From assembly GCA_036172245.1 (NCBI GenBank), contig JAYWIR010000006.1, positions 868,001-932,000 of the forward strand: 64,000 nucleotides of DNA. The letters are read 5' to 3'. A model generated the notes under the pieces. It saw only the letters and a program-made list of their open reading frames with translations. It did not search any database and had not been told where the DNA came from. Shown here in pieces: positions 9,560 through 22,664 of the stretch. Numbering within the stretch: the first letter of the stretch is position 1; each line of letters begins with the position of its first letter. Source of the DNA: Raillietiella orientalis. Its lineage: Eukaryota. The translations under genes were made by a program, and so were the position numbers.

Positions 9560-12500
9560 TTCGGTGACTCGGGACCGCGTTCGAGAAGACGCCGCCCGTT
9601 CCGCACGTGACCGCGCGTGACCTGTCGCCGCGCCATCTCACGCCCGACGTCGTCAGTATCCCATGGTGTCCTCCGATGCGCCACCCCGCAGCATGGGGAT
9701 GGTTGGGGATGGACCCTTGTCACGGCTCGGATCGGTAAGGGAGAGCGCGCCTATTCTTTTGCGCTCCGAAGGTCAGCAGCAGCGCGCTGTCGGACGCGCA
9801 GCCTGGAAGAACTTCTTCGTCCAAACTGGCGCCGGACGCTCCTGGATCGCCCCGTAGACGAGGGAGTGCTGAAAGGCCCGTGGCAGCGGAAAGAGTCTTT
9901 TCCGTCCCATTTCGTTTTGTTCCTGGGAGGAGGGCGGTTCGTGCGGCGAGGAGGACGAGGCAACGGCAGTGATCTGCCCCCTCTTTTGCCATCGGAACCC
10001 TGAGGGTTCTCAAGCGCGTCCGGGAGGCCCTGATCCAGGACGGGGCAGGGCCATCAGAGTGCATGGAGATCTCTCAGAGCCCTCCTGTACCGTCGATTCG
10101 GAACTCCCTCGTCTCTATCCCGGACCGGAGGGAGTCCCCATTCCTCACCCTCGGGAATGGGGCCGGTGCGAGGGGGACTCTTCGGGAGCCCGAAGGAGGC
10201 GCAGGCACTACCGCCTTTGCACCCTCCGGACCCCTTCTCGCTCGTGCGAGGGGACCTCACCAGACGGAGCAAGGTGGGAACGAGGACCGACGGTCAGGGA
10301 AGGGTCGTCTAGGCGACGAGGCGAGAAGGGATCTTCTGAGATGCGTAAGCTCCCGTTCCCGGACCATCCAGAGAGGCAGGAATCCTCCGCGGGAAGGGTC
10401 CAGGAGTTACGCAGGCGGCGAGGAACCCACCCACTTCCTTCCTTCCCCTCTTCCTCTCCCTCCTCGAGGCGCAAGCTTGGAGAACGTAGCCGCGGCAACT
10501 GACCGAGTCTGCGAGGAAAAGAGGGGCGCTCCTCGTGGTCATCGACTGTCCGGCAACACGCGCTGAACTTGACAGTGCCTTTCCGTACCGAAAGAAAGAG
10601 GAAGGGGAGGAGGCGGGAAATCTCTGCTGCTCCCCCCTTCCCGGACCTGCTCGCGGGTCGCCTTTGCCTCCAGAAGGTCAGAGATGAGCCGCAGCCACCC
10701 CCTCTTCCCCCCTCCGAAGATGAAGAAGATGCACCTGGGGTTCCACCCTCGCTTTTGGGGACTTCTCTTGCCTCGGAGCAGAGAACGGGGAGGGAGAGGG
10801 AGGGGAGCTCCTCTCTGATTCCCAAAGAGATTAAGAGGCGGTCATTAGGTCGACTCGAGGCGAACTTTCACTCCTGCCCCTCCTCTCCATCTCTCCCTCG
10901 GGAAGCGTGAGCCTGGGGGGTGCGGACTAGCTTTATCGCCCTTTCGGAGCCTCCCGGGGGATGAGCAGGCCCTCGGACTGAGGGAACAGGGGCTCAGAGG
11001 GAGAAGCGAGAGGCAGATGGCCTTCGCCGTGTCTCCCTGCTCTCCACATCCCTGGTCAGGGTCGCCTCTCCCGTGGATGGGGGAGTCTCCCTCGGTTGCC
11101 AGGCAGTGCCTTGGGCGAAGGAGGGCACCACAATCTCCTCCGGACGCCTCAGAGGAAGGAGAAGGGGAGGGTAATCTCCTACCGTTTAGCGCATGGCATG
11201 ACCCTTTCTCTGGGAGAGGCGGAGGGATGGGCACTAGGGGATGAGCCGAGAGCTTCCTGGATGCCGAAGAAGGGACACTCTCCCTTCCTCCCAGGCTTAT
11301 CCTAGACGGCGAATCGGAAGGGGAGCCCGGGGAGGGGATGGGGACCATCCCCTTTCCGCAGGGCAGGGATTGTCGGGAGTGACCTCCCACCTTCGCACAT
11401 CCCAGAGGCGATGGAGGGAGTCAGCGCGCCGGCTCGGGGACTTCCAGAAAAGTCCTGGAGGCTGTGCGGAGTCCATCCTTCTAGATTCCTCGAGATTCCC
11501 CCTCCTCCTTCTTCGTGCCGCATTCCCATCCTCCTGCCGCTCTTCTGCGGGACTGGTAGTCCAGAGGGACGCCGCGTCCTCCAGAGCCTCGTCTGAAGAC
11601 CGTGGGACGGCGCACGCGCTGCGCCACCTCGAAGAGATAACTCTCTCTTTGCTCCTCCTTCTCCTCCCTCCCGCCCCCTCCTTCCCTCGCGTGTCTTCCC
11701 GGACGCTTCCCGCAGCAGCAACATCCGCGGTGGAGCACGCATACCCTCTTCGTCCTTCCGCCCCGAGCCCTGAGGCACCCTTGAGACGCTTCCTTCCGGT
11801 GGAGGTTCCCTCGCTCCCCGTCCCTCGTGCTACCCCACGTTACTGACCAACCGGAGTGCTCACCACCCGGAAGAGAGGTTCCTTCTTTTGCTTCCGGGTC
11901 CTCGTTCCGTCTACCCCCCCTCCCCCCCTCCGAATCCGAGACCGCATTCCAGGAAAAGGAGTCAAGTCGCCTCCAGGGGGGCGCGGAAGGCGGCAGGACC
12001 GCCGCGAGAGCATCGATTCCTCTTCCCTACCCCTTCCCTCTCCAGGAATCCCTCGTCCCCAGTCCCCAGATCTCCCCTCTCCCCTCACGTTTGACCGGAA
12101 AGGGAGGAGTCGTGAGGTTTCCTCCGCGAGGGTCAAAGGTGAAAGGGGATGGGGAGGAAGGGGAAAATCCTGGAAGGTCTCTCTGCGTTCGCCTCTTCCG
12201 TGAAGGGGAAGAGGAAGGAAGGTAGGGTGTGGGGAAGTGGGGGACCATTCCTAGCTGGACTACCTCCCGGGTCATCGCTGGGACGATCTGGAGAGGGATG
12301 TACTCCTCCTCCGAAATCGCTTTTCGATCCTGGAAGTTCGTCGAGGCAGTCCAGACGAGGCGAAATCCTCCTCCCCTTTTTCCGAGCTGAGCGTCTTGTA
12401 GGATCCGTGCCGGATGTGCCCTGCATCGGCCGCCGTCGGAGGGCCCGGGAACGGCTGCTTTCCAGGCGTGAGGGAGGGAAGGCGGAGATCCGCGATGCTT

Positions 12501-12600
12501 CCTGGGAGATGCCTCGGAGGCGCCTCCAGAATCTACCCCCCGGCTCGGGTAGACTCCGGGCTCGACTCTGGGGATGACTGCCAGGGAGCAGAAGGAATGA
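9560..12600 (+). mobile_element. L1/Tx1-like LINE 5' portion: degenerate ORF1 (zinc knuckles) followed by APE endonuclease remnant
   Basis: ORF1-like GWxLVx..ERAYSFALR near 9700; decayed knuckle KGRL..LRCVSSRS/PDH..RSYA at 10300-10415 (direct homologue at 14340-14474); Pro/acidic tail; LQES motif and YxxS-like APE features at ~12040-12310. Confidence 0.6.
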
Positions 12601-13059
12601 CGCGGAAGCACAGCGGCGAGGAGATGAGGGCGGGACCTCAGATGTCTGGGCTTTCCCGCGCAGCCACCGAGGAGGCAAAAAAAAAAAACAGCTGCCGCCT
12701 GAGAGGAGGCGTCTCTTTGCGCACGCGCGCTCACGAACCGACGACACCTGCGTCTTCGCGTTTCCGCCAGCCGCCGCCTCGCGGCGCCACTCGACGAGCT
12801 TCGTCTGCAGTGGCCCCCCGCTTTCCAGGAGCCCTGGGCTGGCCGTGCAGGGGACCCCGCGCGAAGAGTGTAGAGGAGCAGCCACTTTCAGGGAGAGAGT
12901 CCCTTCCGAGAGAGACCTTCCGGCGGGAAGAAGCTGCAAGAAAGGTAGGCGTGCGCGCTCCGGCGCCGTGGGAACGCTGCTGCCACGCGTCTCCTCTCAC
13001 TGCGCTGTACCATGGACTTCCTTCCAGGCGCGAGTTCTCCTTCCCTTCAGAAAGAAAGA

Positions 13060-13060
<1 letters not shown>

Positions 13061-13119
<59 letters not shown>
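13061..13119. repeat. (AC)n microsatellite, ~29 units
   Basis: Uninterrupted AC run, followed by a short (GCA)n. Confidence 0.99.
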
Positions 13120-13122
<3 letters not shown>

Positions 13123-13599
13123 CAAGAGCAGCAGCAGCAGCAGAAACCCCCGCTGAACCGTCAACCCACACTCTTTCCTTCGAGCGGACGCAGGAAACCC
13201 AGGGTATTCCCCCCCCTCTCCTCCATCTGCTCTTTTCCCCTTTCCGCTCCTCCCATCAAGCGAACTCTGCTGGGCGACGATTCCGCCGCGCCGTCCTCGT
13301 TTCCCGAGTCCCGTCGCCTCGATCCGGCCTTGCATAGGGTCGAGGCATCTCCGTCCAGCACGGTGAGGTCCGACCTCCTGCATGCGGCTGCGCGTCGTCA
13401 GGAGTCTGGAGCGAGCCTCTCGCAGACAGCGGCCGGCGCGAAGAGGTCAGTCTGGGGATCCCCAGCCGGAGGCGTTCGCGTTCGGGAGCCGCTCGGATCG
13501 CGCGAGGGAGAGGAAGGGGGAAAGAAAGAAAAGGGAGCACCACCGCCGCCGCGTGCCACCTCGAAGTTCTTTGCCCCGCAGGCCACTCTTCCTCCCGGA

Positions 13600-14475
13600 G
13601 CGCCCGAAAGATGAGTAACTCCCGAGTGCCGGCGCGCAGCCGGCACTCGGAGTCTTCGGTTCGCTTCCCGGGCGTTACCTTGAAGCTACGAGGCACAGGT
13701 GTTCGCTGCCACACTACTCTTCGGGGCAAAGATCGAGGAGGTTCAGGCATCTTTGGGAGAGAGCTAGTGGCACGGGACGAGCGGTGTATCTCCCGTGTAT
13801 GCCGCGCCATTAATCATCGGTTGTCCACAAGCCCAACGTTCCAAGGACGGCACCTTTCCCGGCGTGGAACGCGATACGGGAACACGGAATGCGAGCGGAG
13901 TGGAGCCCCGTATCAGGGAGGGGAACGGGCCGCCTCCCGAGATGAATTCGGTGGCAGAGATGCCTCTGCTCGTCCTCTCGAAGAGGAGTCCAGAGGGAGC
14001 CGTCCAGAGGGAGCCGTCCAGAGGGAGCCGTCCAGAGGGAGCCGTCCAGAGGGAGCCGTCCAGAGGGAGCCGTCCAGAGGGAAACCGTCCGTCGCTCGCG
14101 CGCGTTCATCCCGGAGCACTTAACGGCGGGAAGCGCTAATTAGAAAAATCGAGACGTTATCTGAGCCGGGACGCGCCAGTTCGGGAACTCGAGATTTGCA
14201 TCCTGACAGTTCGAGGCAGGGACAATCAGAATTCTATCACGACTCTGGACGTTCCGTTCTCCGGTGCTGCAAACGGCGCAATATTTGCCTCCTCCCCCTC
14301 CCCTCAGTGCATTTCGCCCGTACGCAATTTCATAGGAAGGGAAGGGTCGTCTAGGCCAGAAGGAACCTTCTGAGATGCGTAAGCTGCCGTTCCCGGACCG
14401 TCCAGAGCGGCAGGAATCCTCCGCGGGAAGGGTCCGGGAGTCACGCACGCGGCGAAGAGCCCACCCGCTTCCTTG
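13600..14475 (+). mobile_element. L1/Tx1-like ORF1 relic
   Basis: FGRELVARDERCISRVCR parallels the 9700 ORF1 motif; 14340-14474 is a diverged direct repeat of 10299-10441 (RCVSCRSxDx zinc-knuckle region). Confidence 0.55.
13988..14090. repeat. 14-bp minisatellite (GTCCAGAGGGAGCC) x6 plus one variant and a partial unit
   Basis: Six exact head-to-tail units from 13988, then GTCCAGAGGGAAACC and GTCC; no spacers. Confidence 0.98.
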
Positions 14476-15899
14476 GTACTCCGCACCGATCGGCGTCTGC
14501 AGGATTGCAACGACGCCGCATCCATGTTGTAATCCTGGAGACGTTGAGGAACAGTGGCTCTGCAGCACGGAGTAAACACACACCCAGCCATGATTGCGGC
14601 GTTCAGGCGTTTGTACAGTCCAGCGCAAAATGCAAACGAAACAAACGCCTACAGTAATACTCGTACCTTCCGATGCGTGTGTACACATGCTTGGAGCATC
14701 ATTTCCGTGCGTGCTCACATACCTGCACGTGTGCTCCTGAAAGCACATAGTCAGAGACGATCGCGTTGTTTATTGCCACTTCCTGCTGGGTGTTTTGTTT
14801 GCTTGCTTTTGCTTGTTTTGGAACTTTCAAGTCCAGTTTGGATTTTTGTTCAGCGTGCACGTGGATCCGTTTCCCCTCGCCCATTGGCCAGTTTGAACGC
14901 ACCCCTAAATTCTAATTAGAAAAAAAAAAAGGGGGTGGTGGTGGTGGGATGCGGCTTTTACGAAAGAACCGAATGAAACCAGATCACTCGGGGAATTGGA
15001 AAAAAAGAAAAAAAAAAATCCCAAACTGCGCAGTTTAGAAATTCTAACACTTCGTTTTTTCTTGAAGGGAAATAACTTTTATAGGGCCCATGGTAAGAAG
15101 ACACGGAGCAAACAACAACAGCAAGAAAACAAAGGCCAGCATTGAAAACATTTAGCAATAATCAAGGGATGATGAAAAATCATATTGGGTTTTACCAGTA
15201 AATGCTGCGAGCAACAGGTGTTCCCTGAAGTTAAGGGAGAACAATTAAGAACCGCTCTGCAAAGGGAGAAATGTCTTTCCTTGCAGGATAGCAAAAGGTA
15301 GGAAATACATGTTGCAGGCTAATGGCATCCAATAGCAACCGGACTGCGATATTAGTCATGCTTGTAAATGCACCATCTTACGTTCCTTTGGTATGTCGAG
15401 TTCGGCAGCATGAGATCGCAGAAACTTGCAACACTTGCTTGTATGATTGATGGCATTTCTCGATTTCCTAGGGAACGCTTCTTGATCTGAAAATCCACAC
15501 ATGTACATACGTATATAAAAAGGTACGATGCATGTGTATATGTCGTGCCTTTTTTCTTTTTTTTCTTTTTTCATGATTTCCCCGTGTTTGCGTGGTTCGT
15601 AGCGGGGGGTTTCCACGAGTCGTCGAGTCCTACAAGATGGCGGCAGGTTGCAACTGGTTCGGAGCTGTCCGTTACGCATATATGATGACCCTCGATGTTA
15701 ATCTGCCTGATTGATCCGCAGATGCACTGCAGGAATCATGCACTGCACCGGGAGCAACGCAATCACCGTCTCGGAAGGAGTCTTTGTGCTTCTTATGCTC
15801 CATCATGGCAGGAAAAAACGGAAGGAAACGGCCTCATCTACAGAGATGGAGCTGATTCTACCTGGCTTTCCTTCGCTCCCTCAAGATCCAAATTCAAAG

Positions 15900-16400
15900 A
15901 AGTTTGATCCGAGCTTCTCACGAAAAAGAGCTGGAAAGGAGAGGGTGCGCGAGAGTCAACCATGACGTCGGCCCTCCGTTCAGTCGACGGAAGATTAACA
16001 AGATCAGGAGCAACTTGGCCTTTCCCAGTCAGAATTTCAACGCTCCAGAGCGAGATCAGCTTCAGCAGTCTTTGAGAGAGGATCGGTCTGAATTTCCTCA
16101 GGCATACTTCGGACAGCACAGTGTGGCGACCGCTTGCAAGCAAATCCCCCTGGAAATCTCCCAAGCCAGCCGTCCGGTTGAGCGTCTCAGAAGTGGTAAT
16201 TTGCTTGCAGTAATCACCCAGGCGACGTGCTCCTCTAATTCTATAGAGATGCGTCAGGTGCGTTGAGTCTGTGCTTTCTGTGCACTTTCCGTAATCACCA
16301 TGGAGTCCACAACACGGAAAGACGAATCCTTTCGGCTGTAGCCCGTGTGCTGGACACCGAAACACCGGGGCTCGGGCACCGCCAGCTCTGGCTGCTGGTC
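15900..16400 (-). mobile_element. Degenerate APE endonuclease relic (CR1/L2-like)
   Basis: Motif order THLYR...LGDFQGDLL...ILTGKGQVAPDLV resembles YRxP / GDFN / PT..xDL of LINE APE domains. Confidence 0.4.
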
Positions 16401-16599
16401 GGTCTTCCAGAACCGTTCCGAGCTTCTTCCTCTACCGGAAAATCGGCGCACCAAACGCACGTTCTGGAAATTCCTTCCAGACTGGCAAGGAAGCATCCGA
16501 ATGGGTAAACAGTCCTTGAAGATTTCAGCTGCTCAGAAGAATGGCAATGTAAATCGAAGCAGATCTTATTCCGCGTTTGCTCCGGCGCGACCTCAAGGT

Positions 16600-16990
16600 T
16601 TCGCTGCTTTCCCGCGAAGTTGGATCGGACCCTTCCGCAGCGAAATTTCGCCCGAAATTCCCTCGCCCGGGATCCACCTGCCTGCTTTCTCCCCGGAGCG
16701 ACTCCTCCGACAGAACCCTCCGGAAAAGTGATGGGGGGGGGGGGAGGGGAACTGGTCGGGAGCAGCCTCAGCCGGAGCGAACAACGAAAGCCACTTCGGA
16801 GGGTATGCGCGAAGGATTGCATGGCGCGCGCACTCGGAAATCACCGCGGAGGCGAGACGAAGATCTCTGGCGTAGAGCTTGGAAACGAATTCCCAACGAC
16901 CATCTTGAAGCCTTTGCGTCGTTAAGCGGGGAAGCAGCGAAGATGAAGGCGGAGCGATGCTGTGGTTTTGGACAAACGTGCTAATCAAAT
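16600..16990 (+). mobile_element. Degenerate LINE RT N-terminal relic
   Basis: KPLRRVCAKDCMARALGNH...PTTILKPLR...AVVLD has the spacing of RT subdomains 1-3. Confidence 0.35.
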
Positions 16991-17714
16991 CAGATAGAAT
17001 CATGAAGAGCGCTGAAGAGAGAGCTGTTCAGGGATGAAATGCATCACTTTGTGGATTGCGAAAAAGTAATGACTCGTCTTTCCATTATGGCACTGACGCA
17101 TTTCATTCTTATCTTTATTTTTGAAGAATCCCATCCTTTAACGAACAGCAGCTATCGATTGAAATCAAGAAATTCTCTAAACTCCGGAAGAAGGCGGAGG
17201 AAAATTGGAAAATGAATCCCTGGTGATTGCTGTCCTCCCGGGTCCGGCGAAGAAATCACCGGCTCTTTTTGAGACGCTCTCGGTCCGTTGCCAAGAAACG
17301 AGAGCAGGGACCCAGGAGCGCATGCGCGTCCCTCGTCTCTTGCGCCCGCGATGGGAATCACCGAGCTGACAGTGACGGGAGGATGCGGCGTGAGAAGTAA
17401 ACAAGAACGAGGCTGATAAAATCTCGAACACGTGTGAGCGCTTGCGTCAGCTCGGTCGTGATCTACTCAGAGGACAAATCAACAAGGTTCCGCTTCGGAG
17501 CTTGCTCTCAATTCTTAATCTTTTCATCTGTATTCTTCTTACAAGGGGGCTATTTCCCCCCCCCCCCCCTTCTTCTTCTTCTTCTTTCGCCGGACTGGTT
17601 TTCCCTTTCGTTTGTTCCGACCCATTGACCCAATAGCAGTAAGCGAGGAAACCGTTGCCGCAGCGACACGGGGCGATTTTTGTCTGTGTCTATGTGTGTG
17701 TATGTCACTTCTGC

Positions 17715-20600
17715 TGACGAACCCCTCGTCAATTTCGGAAGCAAGGGCGTTTCCAAACGAGAGAGAGCTCCTATTCTCAAAGGCTTTGTCCTTCATACCA
17801 CAGAACGCTCACCCTCCTCCTTCAAGGAGTTCGCGCGCTTTTCGAACACATCCGAGAGGGAGAAGCGTTCCTCAGAGGACCGGCCAGGAAGGGAAGCTGA
17901 GCTCTTCTCCATTTTCCTCGACCAAGCCACGTTCCAGATGACGAGCAACTCAAGGATGCGGAGTTTTCTCGTAGCTCGGGCGTGAGGTGTCAGCGGACAA
18001 CCGCTTCTTGGCCACGTTCATCGTCATAGCTCCGTTTTCCCTCTCGCAGCTTCCGTTCTTCACCCTCAGCGGAGTATTTTCTTTCGGAGTGGCGTTCGCG
18101 TCCTTGGCCGCTCTTCCTTTCTTTTCCCCGAGGCACTGAGGAATCTCTGCAACGGATGATGAAGGAGGAGAAAGCCATGAAGATCAGTGCGGAAAGCAAA
18201 CAGATCGCCTGGAGAGAGCGGAAAAAATCTGGATGCCGCTGCTGCAAGCAATGGATTACGTAATCGCCACCTTTTCGTTTCCTTCCGAGTTTCTGTTCCG
18301 GATGGGATCGCTGCTGCTTCCAGTTTCCTCCCCTGGATGCCTCGCGCGCGCTCCGGAGTGCGCCTTGCAGAGAGCTTCCAGTTTCGACAGACATGGACCC
18401 TCGGAGGCCCTCTGCATCGAGAGACCGATGTTAATTCCCACCATCCTTTGAATCCTTTTAATTTTTTTCTTTGTTTTTTTCGGTTGATGAGAAAGAGTGA
18501 AAATAATTCCTCGATTGCGCCGTGGGCGACGGAGGAAAAGGGCGATGGCGAGGCCGCAATGTCTGCTGCTGTCCCTGCCCGTCCTGATGCACCCATTTCC
18601 TTTTTTTTTTTTTTTATCTTGGAGATGTATTTGATGTATCTGGAGGCTGGTCACGATTGCTTGGAAGCTTTTTGAAAACCAAGGGATTCCTGGCTCTTCT
18701 TTTCCTTCGTCCGTGTATTCAGGGAGAGCAGCTCCCGAGCAGGAAGGTGCCGAATCGCCCTTCGGCGGCACTTCGAGGGATGACTGCCTCCTTCTCCGAG
18801 AACCGAAGAACGAACCACGCGCGCGATACTCATTGTAGGGAGGGGGGTGGGGGGTTCCAAGTCCATATCGTGATCCTTGCTTGGATGATGCTGGATTCGA
18901 GTGAGAGGCACGGCTGTCGTCCATCAGTGAGTTCGCACTTTTCGAACACATATCCGGGAGGAGCAAACAGCGATTTGTGACAGCTTACGATTGGAGGAAG
19001 GCGAAAGACTCATCTTTTGATCTGTACATCCCTGGGAGTAGCTTGGAGAAACTTCCGGCCAGAATAAGACGACGCCCAACTGCTTCGGTTTTTTTCTTTT
19101 TTCTCCTCCTCCACACTGACTGTCATCTTTCTAATCTTGCGCATTTCGGCTTTCAACTTTGAAAGTTTTATCGCTTCGTCTAGTCTCCTCATCTGTTTTA
19201 ATCTTCCCTGGTTGTCAATCGATCTTGCGACTAGGATCGATACTGTCAGAGAGAGAGAGAGAGAGACGGAAAAAACGAAGGAACGCCCCTGGACATCTAC
19301 ATGAACACGCATATAATCTCGTGTTTGTGGTTTCGTTGACTGGCGACAGGGAAAAACGAGGCAGTCGGTCATCTGGGAGTTCGGTTGCCACGGCAGAGGT
19401 GCTGCGGCTTTGTTTGCAGGCCTGACGCAGACAAGACATCCGCAGACACCTTCGCGTGCCATCGAAATCATCCTTCCGAGCTCCGGACTACAACATCAGC
19501 AACGCGACTTAGAAATGCTTTTTAACAGCATCCCTGTTGATCGACCGATCCTATCCGCCTCTTCTGCGGGGATTCTGGTTGTCCTTCTGGAAACGCATGC
19601 TCTGCGGATGCATCTGCGGATCTTTGATCACGTGTGGATCTGTGGACGAAGCGCCGTAGGATCCACTGCTCACAGACTCGCTTGTTTCCGTGACTGCTCC
19701 TCTGGACGATACATTCCGTAGTGGACGATTTCCTTTGTAGATTCTTTCTGGTCTTGGGATCACGGTCGCTTCAACTTTTCGTCTATTACCCATTCCTCAC
19801 ATTTCAAGGGGAAGTAAAAATAAATTTCTGCCTTTGCTGCCAGGAGTCCCCGTTGAATTACACGATTGCGACTGCCTATCATCATGGCTCATTGATGATG
19901 ATGAGACGCTTTGTTACTTCTTAGGAGAGGAAGACCGATGATACCTCCCCACGGATAGTCGCTTCAGCTTTAGCAGGAAGACTTTCGTTGCGCAGCAAGG
20001 TTTCAGCGGTGGGAGGGAAAACTCTCCATGAAATTTCATCCCCTCACTCTCCCCAATGGGAATCGAAGTCCCAGTAATCCAGGAATCCTTCTGATGCTGG
20101 AGAAGAGCTCGCGGATTCACTTCGATGCGCTTTCACGTGTGTGTACCGCACCATGGCGGCTTCCCTCGAAGGATGCGTGTCCTCCTCACAATGGGATGCT
20201 TTCCGGGCTGTTGTCTTCGAGAGCGCTCGTCTTGCTCCGGAAGGGGATGCTGGGATGGGCACTGACCTTGCCCCATCTTCTGACAAAACAGGAGGTCTCT
20301 GTGTCCCCTGCGGAATGAAACCACGGGACGCGAGCAAGCGCTGAACGTTCCCGGACGATGCTTCCTGAAGTTTTCCGAAGGGAGCAGTTGTCGATCAGGC
20401 GGAGGCATCCGCTGGACCGATGCTCACTGGATCAGCACGGTCGTAAAAGAGGCGAGCTAGTGGGATATTGTTGTAAGAGGGGTTGCCCTCGGCACGCCTT
20501 CGTCGTACCGAGGGGCCAACGGAAGTAGGGATCCTGTGATAGGGAGACGGGAAAAATTCCAGCAGGGCTCAAATTCCCGTCCTCCGAAATGATCACTGCG
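17715..20600 (-). mobile_element. Mosaic of L1-like ORF2 relics (APE-RT linker and RT domains)
   Basis: TPGSKG..ATVIPRP..GNRPL..PHVIKDPQ..ALLML*SGARKDDFD (RT 0-3) at ~19400-19900; 17921-18065 is a diverged direct repeat of 21829-21968. Confidence 0.5.
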
Positions 20601-21499
20601 CGCTGTCGACGGCCATGCTTTGCGCCGCAGAAGGAAGAGAGGAAGCTGAAAGTGTCCGCCAGGAGCTATCGAATCTCCGTTTCCTCGATGTAAGCCGTGC
20701 GAATTCCCGATCCCGTGAAAATTCAGGAGCCGCGAAGGAGAAAAAGGGTAATGAACTGGAAGCTACGACGACTTTCCTGCCCCCCTCTTCCCCCACGGAA
20801 GAAACCGGAACAACGGAGCCATCCCAACGAAGCTTTAAATTGCTTGCTCCCTCAAGAGGATCACTAAATTCTAGGAGAAGGTCTCGCGATTCAGGCGCCT
20901 CAGAGCCATGCGGAGATCAGCGCGGTTTTCCCCGAAGCTAAACTACCCTCTAGATGAAGTGCATCGCTGAGCGAGGGAGGCTGAGGAGTCAGAGCTCTTC
21001 TCCCTTCATCGAAAGAAATAAGGGACCGGTCGAAGGCTACTCCCTTCCCTGGCTAGATCGGTGATTCTTCGGGATTCCCCGAGCCTTCGCGCTTCTCATG
21101 ATTCGCGCGATGGTTGATGCTCTCCATGTTTCTCCTACACTCGCGGCTTCTCGTTCTTTTTCTGCGTCCCGTGCCCCGCCTTCGCGTCGCCTCCTAGATG
21201 CCCTACTGCCTCCTCCTGCATGCTTCGCAGCCGTCTTTCTGCCCAGTTTTACATCATTCACCGGTGTTTAGGGTGTTGAGCGTGCCCCGTGCGCGGCGCA
21301 GCCGTCGTTTGTGCGAGAAGACGAGGCCACGTTTGCCCTTTCACGGGTCGAAAGTCCGGACAGGAACCTCGTCCGCTGGATGCCTTCCTCAGGGAGTCCT
21401 TCATCTCCCCTTCTTCTTTGTCTTTTTACGCGGCATCTTCAGAAGACATGTGCTGGCATCTCGTAACCTCCGCCGGCGCCTTCTCCGCGTGCCCCTCCA

Positions 21500-22330
21500 A
21501 TGCGGCACTTCCGCCCCTGATCTCTCACGGCTGCGATTCGAGTAACGTAAACGCAAGATGGCTCTTCCTGTTATTCGGAGCGACCAAACCATTCCGAGAC
21601 ACACTCCATCTTGGGAGCGGATGGGTTGGCGATGCTCCACTTCTTTTCCCTCCTTCTCCCTCCTCATCCTCTTCCTCCTCCTTCCCTTCGACACGCTCGT
21701 GTCGTTGCGTGCAGCTTCCTCGACGGAGGTGGGTCGAGATCCTCCTGACTGGGACAGGGAAAAATGCGAGTCAGGATTCCTTGGCCCCGCCCCCTCCTGC
21801 TCCATGAAGGAAGAGGGAATGTGCCCGATCAAGCCGCGTTCCACATGATGTGCCAACCAAGGCTGCAGAGTTTTCTCGTAGCTCGGGTTTGCGGTGCGCT
21901 CTTCGGCCACGTTCATCTTCACAGCTCCATTTTCCCACTCAGTTGCGATCGCAGCTTCTTTTCACTCTCTTGGAGTTCATCTTCTCTTGGAGCGACGTTC
22001 GCCTCCGGGGACGCTTGTCTACGGGGAGAGCAGAGGAGGGACGAGATCCTCAGGATCAGCAGGAAATCCCAGCCGCGCCTTCGAAAGTCTCCTGAGAACG
22101 GCAGCCTTCCAGAGAGGGAAGGCAGCTACTGAAAGGACCAATGGCGCTCCTGCAAAGATTTTTTCCTTCCCTTCCCTCTGAGCACTCTCGAAGGCGAAAG
22201 CGTTTCTCCTCCCCTTGCCAATCTCTCCTCCTCCTCATCATCATCGAAGTGTAATATCTCCTCCTCATCGGGATTTTTACGCTGACCTCTTTGGATGGCG
22301 GGGGTCTCAAACTCCATACCTTTTGCAGGA
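21500..22330 (-). mobile_element. L1-like ORF2 linker relic
   Basis: ENGAVKMNVAEE..PSYEKTLQPWLAHHVERGL, homologous at DNA level to 17921-18065. Confidence 0.5.
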
Positions 22331-22573
22331 GAGAGAAGAGAGAGAAACGAGATCGGCGCGCCTCCACGGCGAGGATGATGACTGCCGACGAGGAAGACCA
22401 GCAGCTGCTAACGTGCTGAAGCACGATCGTCTCGCATCTTCGGGAAGAGCGAATCCTTCCTCTACCTCTTTCTTTTCCCGCTGCTGTGGTCGAAGCCGCC
22501 TCAGTGACACCCACCGGAGTGCCACCAGCGTGCCCCCTACCCCCGGATGTGAAGAGGCCACCGCCGCCGTGAG

Positions 22574-22664
22574 ATGGCGATCGTCGCCCTGCTATCTGTG
22601 CTCACCGCCTCCACCTTGGCGGCTTTGCTGCTGTTCAGGGAGAAGATCGGCAACTTGACGAACG
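22574..22664 (+). CDS. Probable exon 1 of CH/filamin-repeat gene: hydrophobic N-terminal anchor
   Basis: GAGATGG start context with upstream in-frame stop; MAIVALLSVLTASTLAALLLFREKIGNLTN; donor G|GTAGGA in phase 1, matching the phase-1 acceptor at 23852. Confidence 0.55.

Noticed and set aside
7815..13614. Long GC-rich ORFs (for example 7815-8990, 8315-9292, 12414-13337)
   Set aside because: Low-complexity Arg/Gly/Pro translations, open in several frames on both strands because stops are rare; they run through microsatellites and LINE relics.
13988..14090. CRISPR-like array
   Set aside because: The 14-bp units are contiguous with no spacers, in a eukaryotic context; it is a minisatellite.
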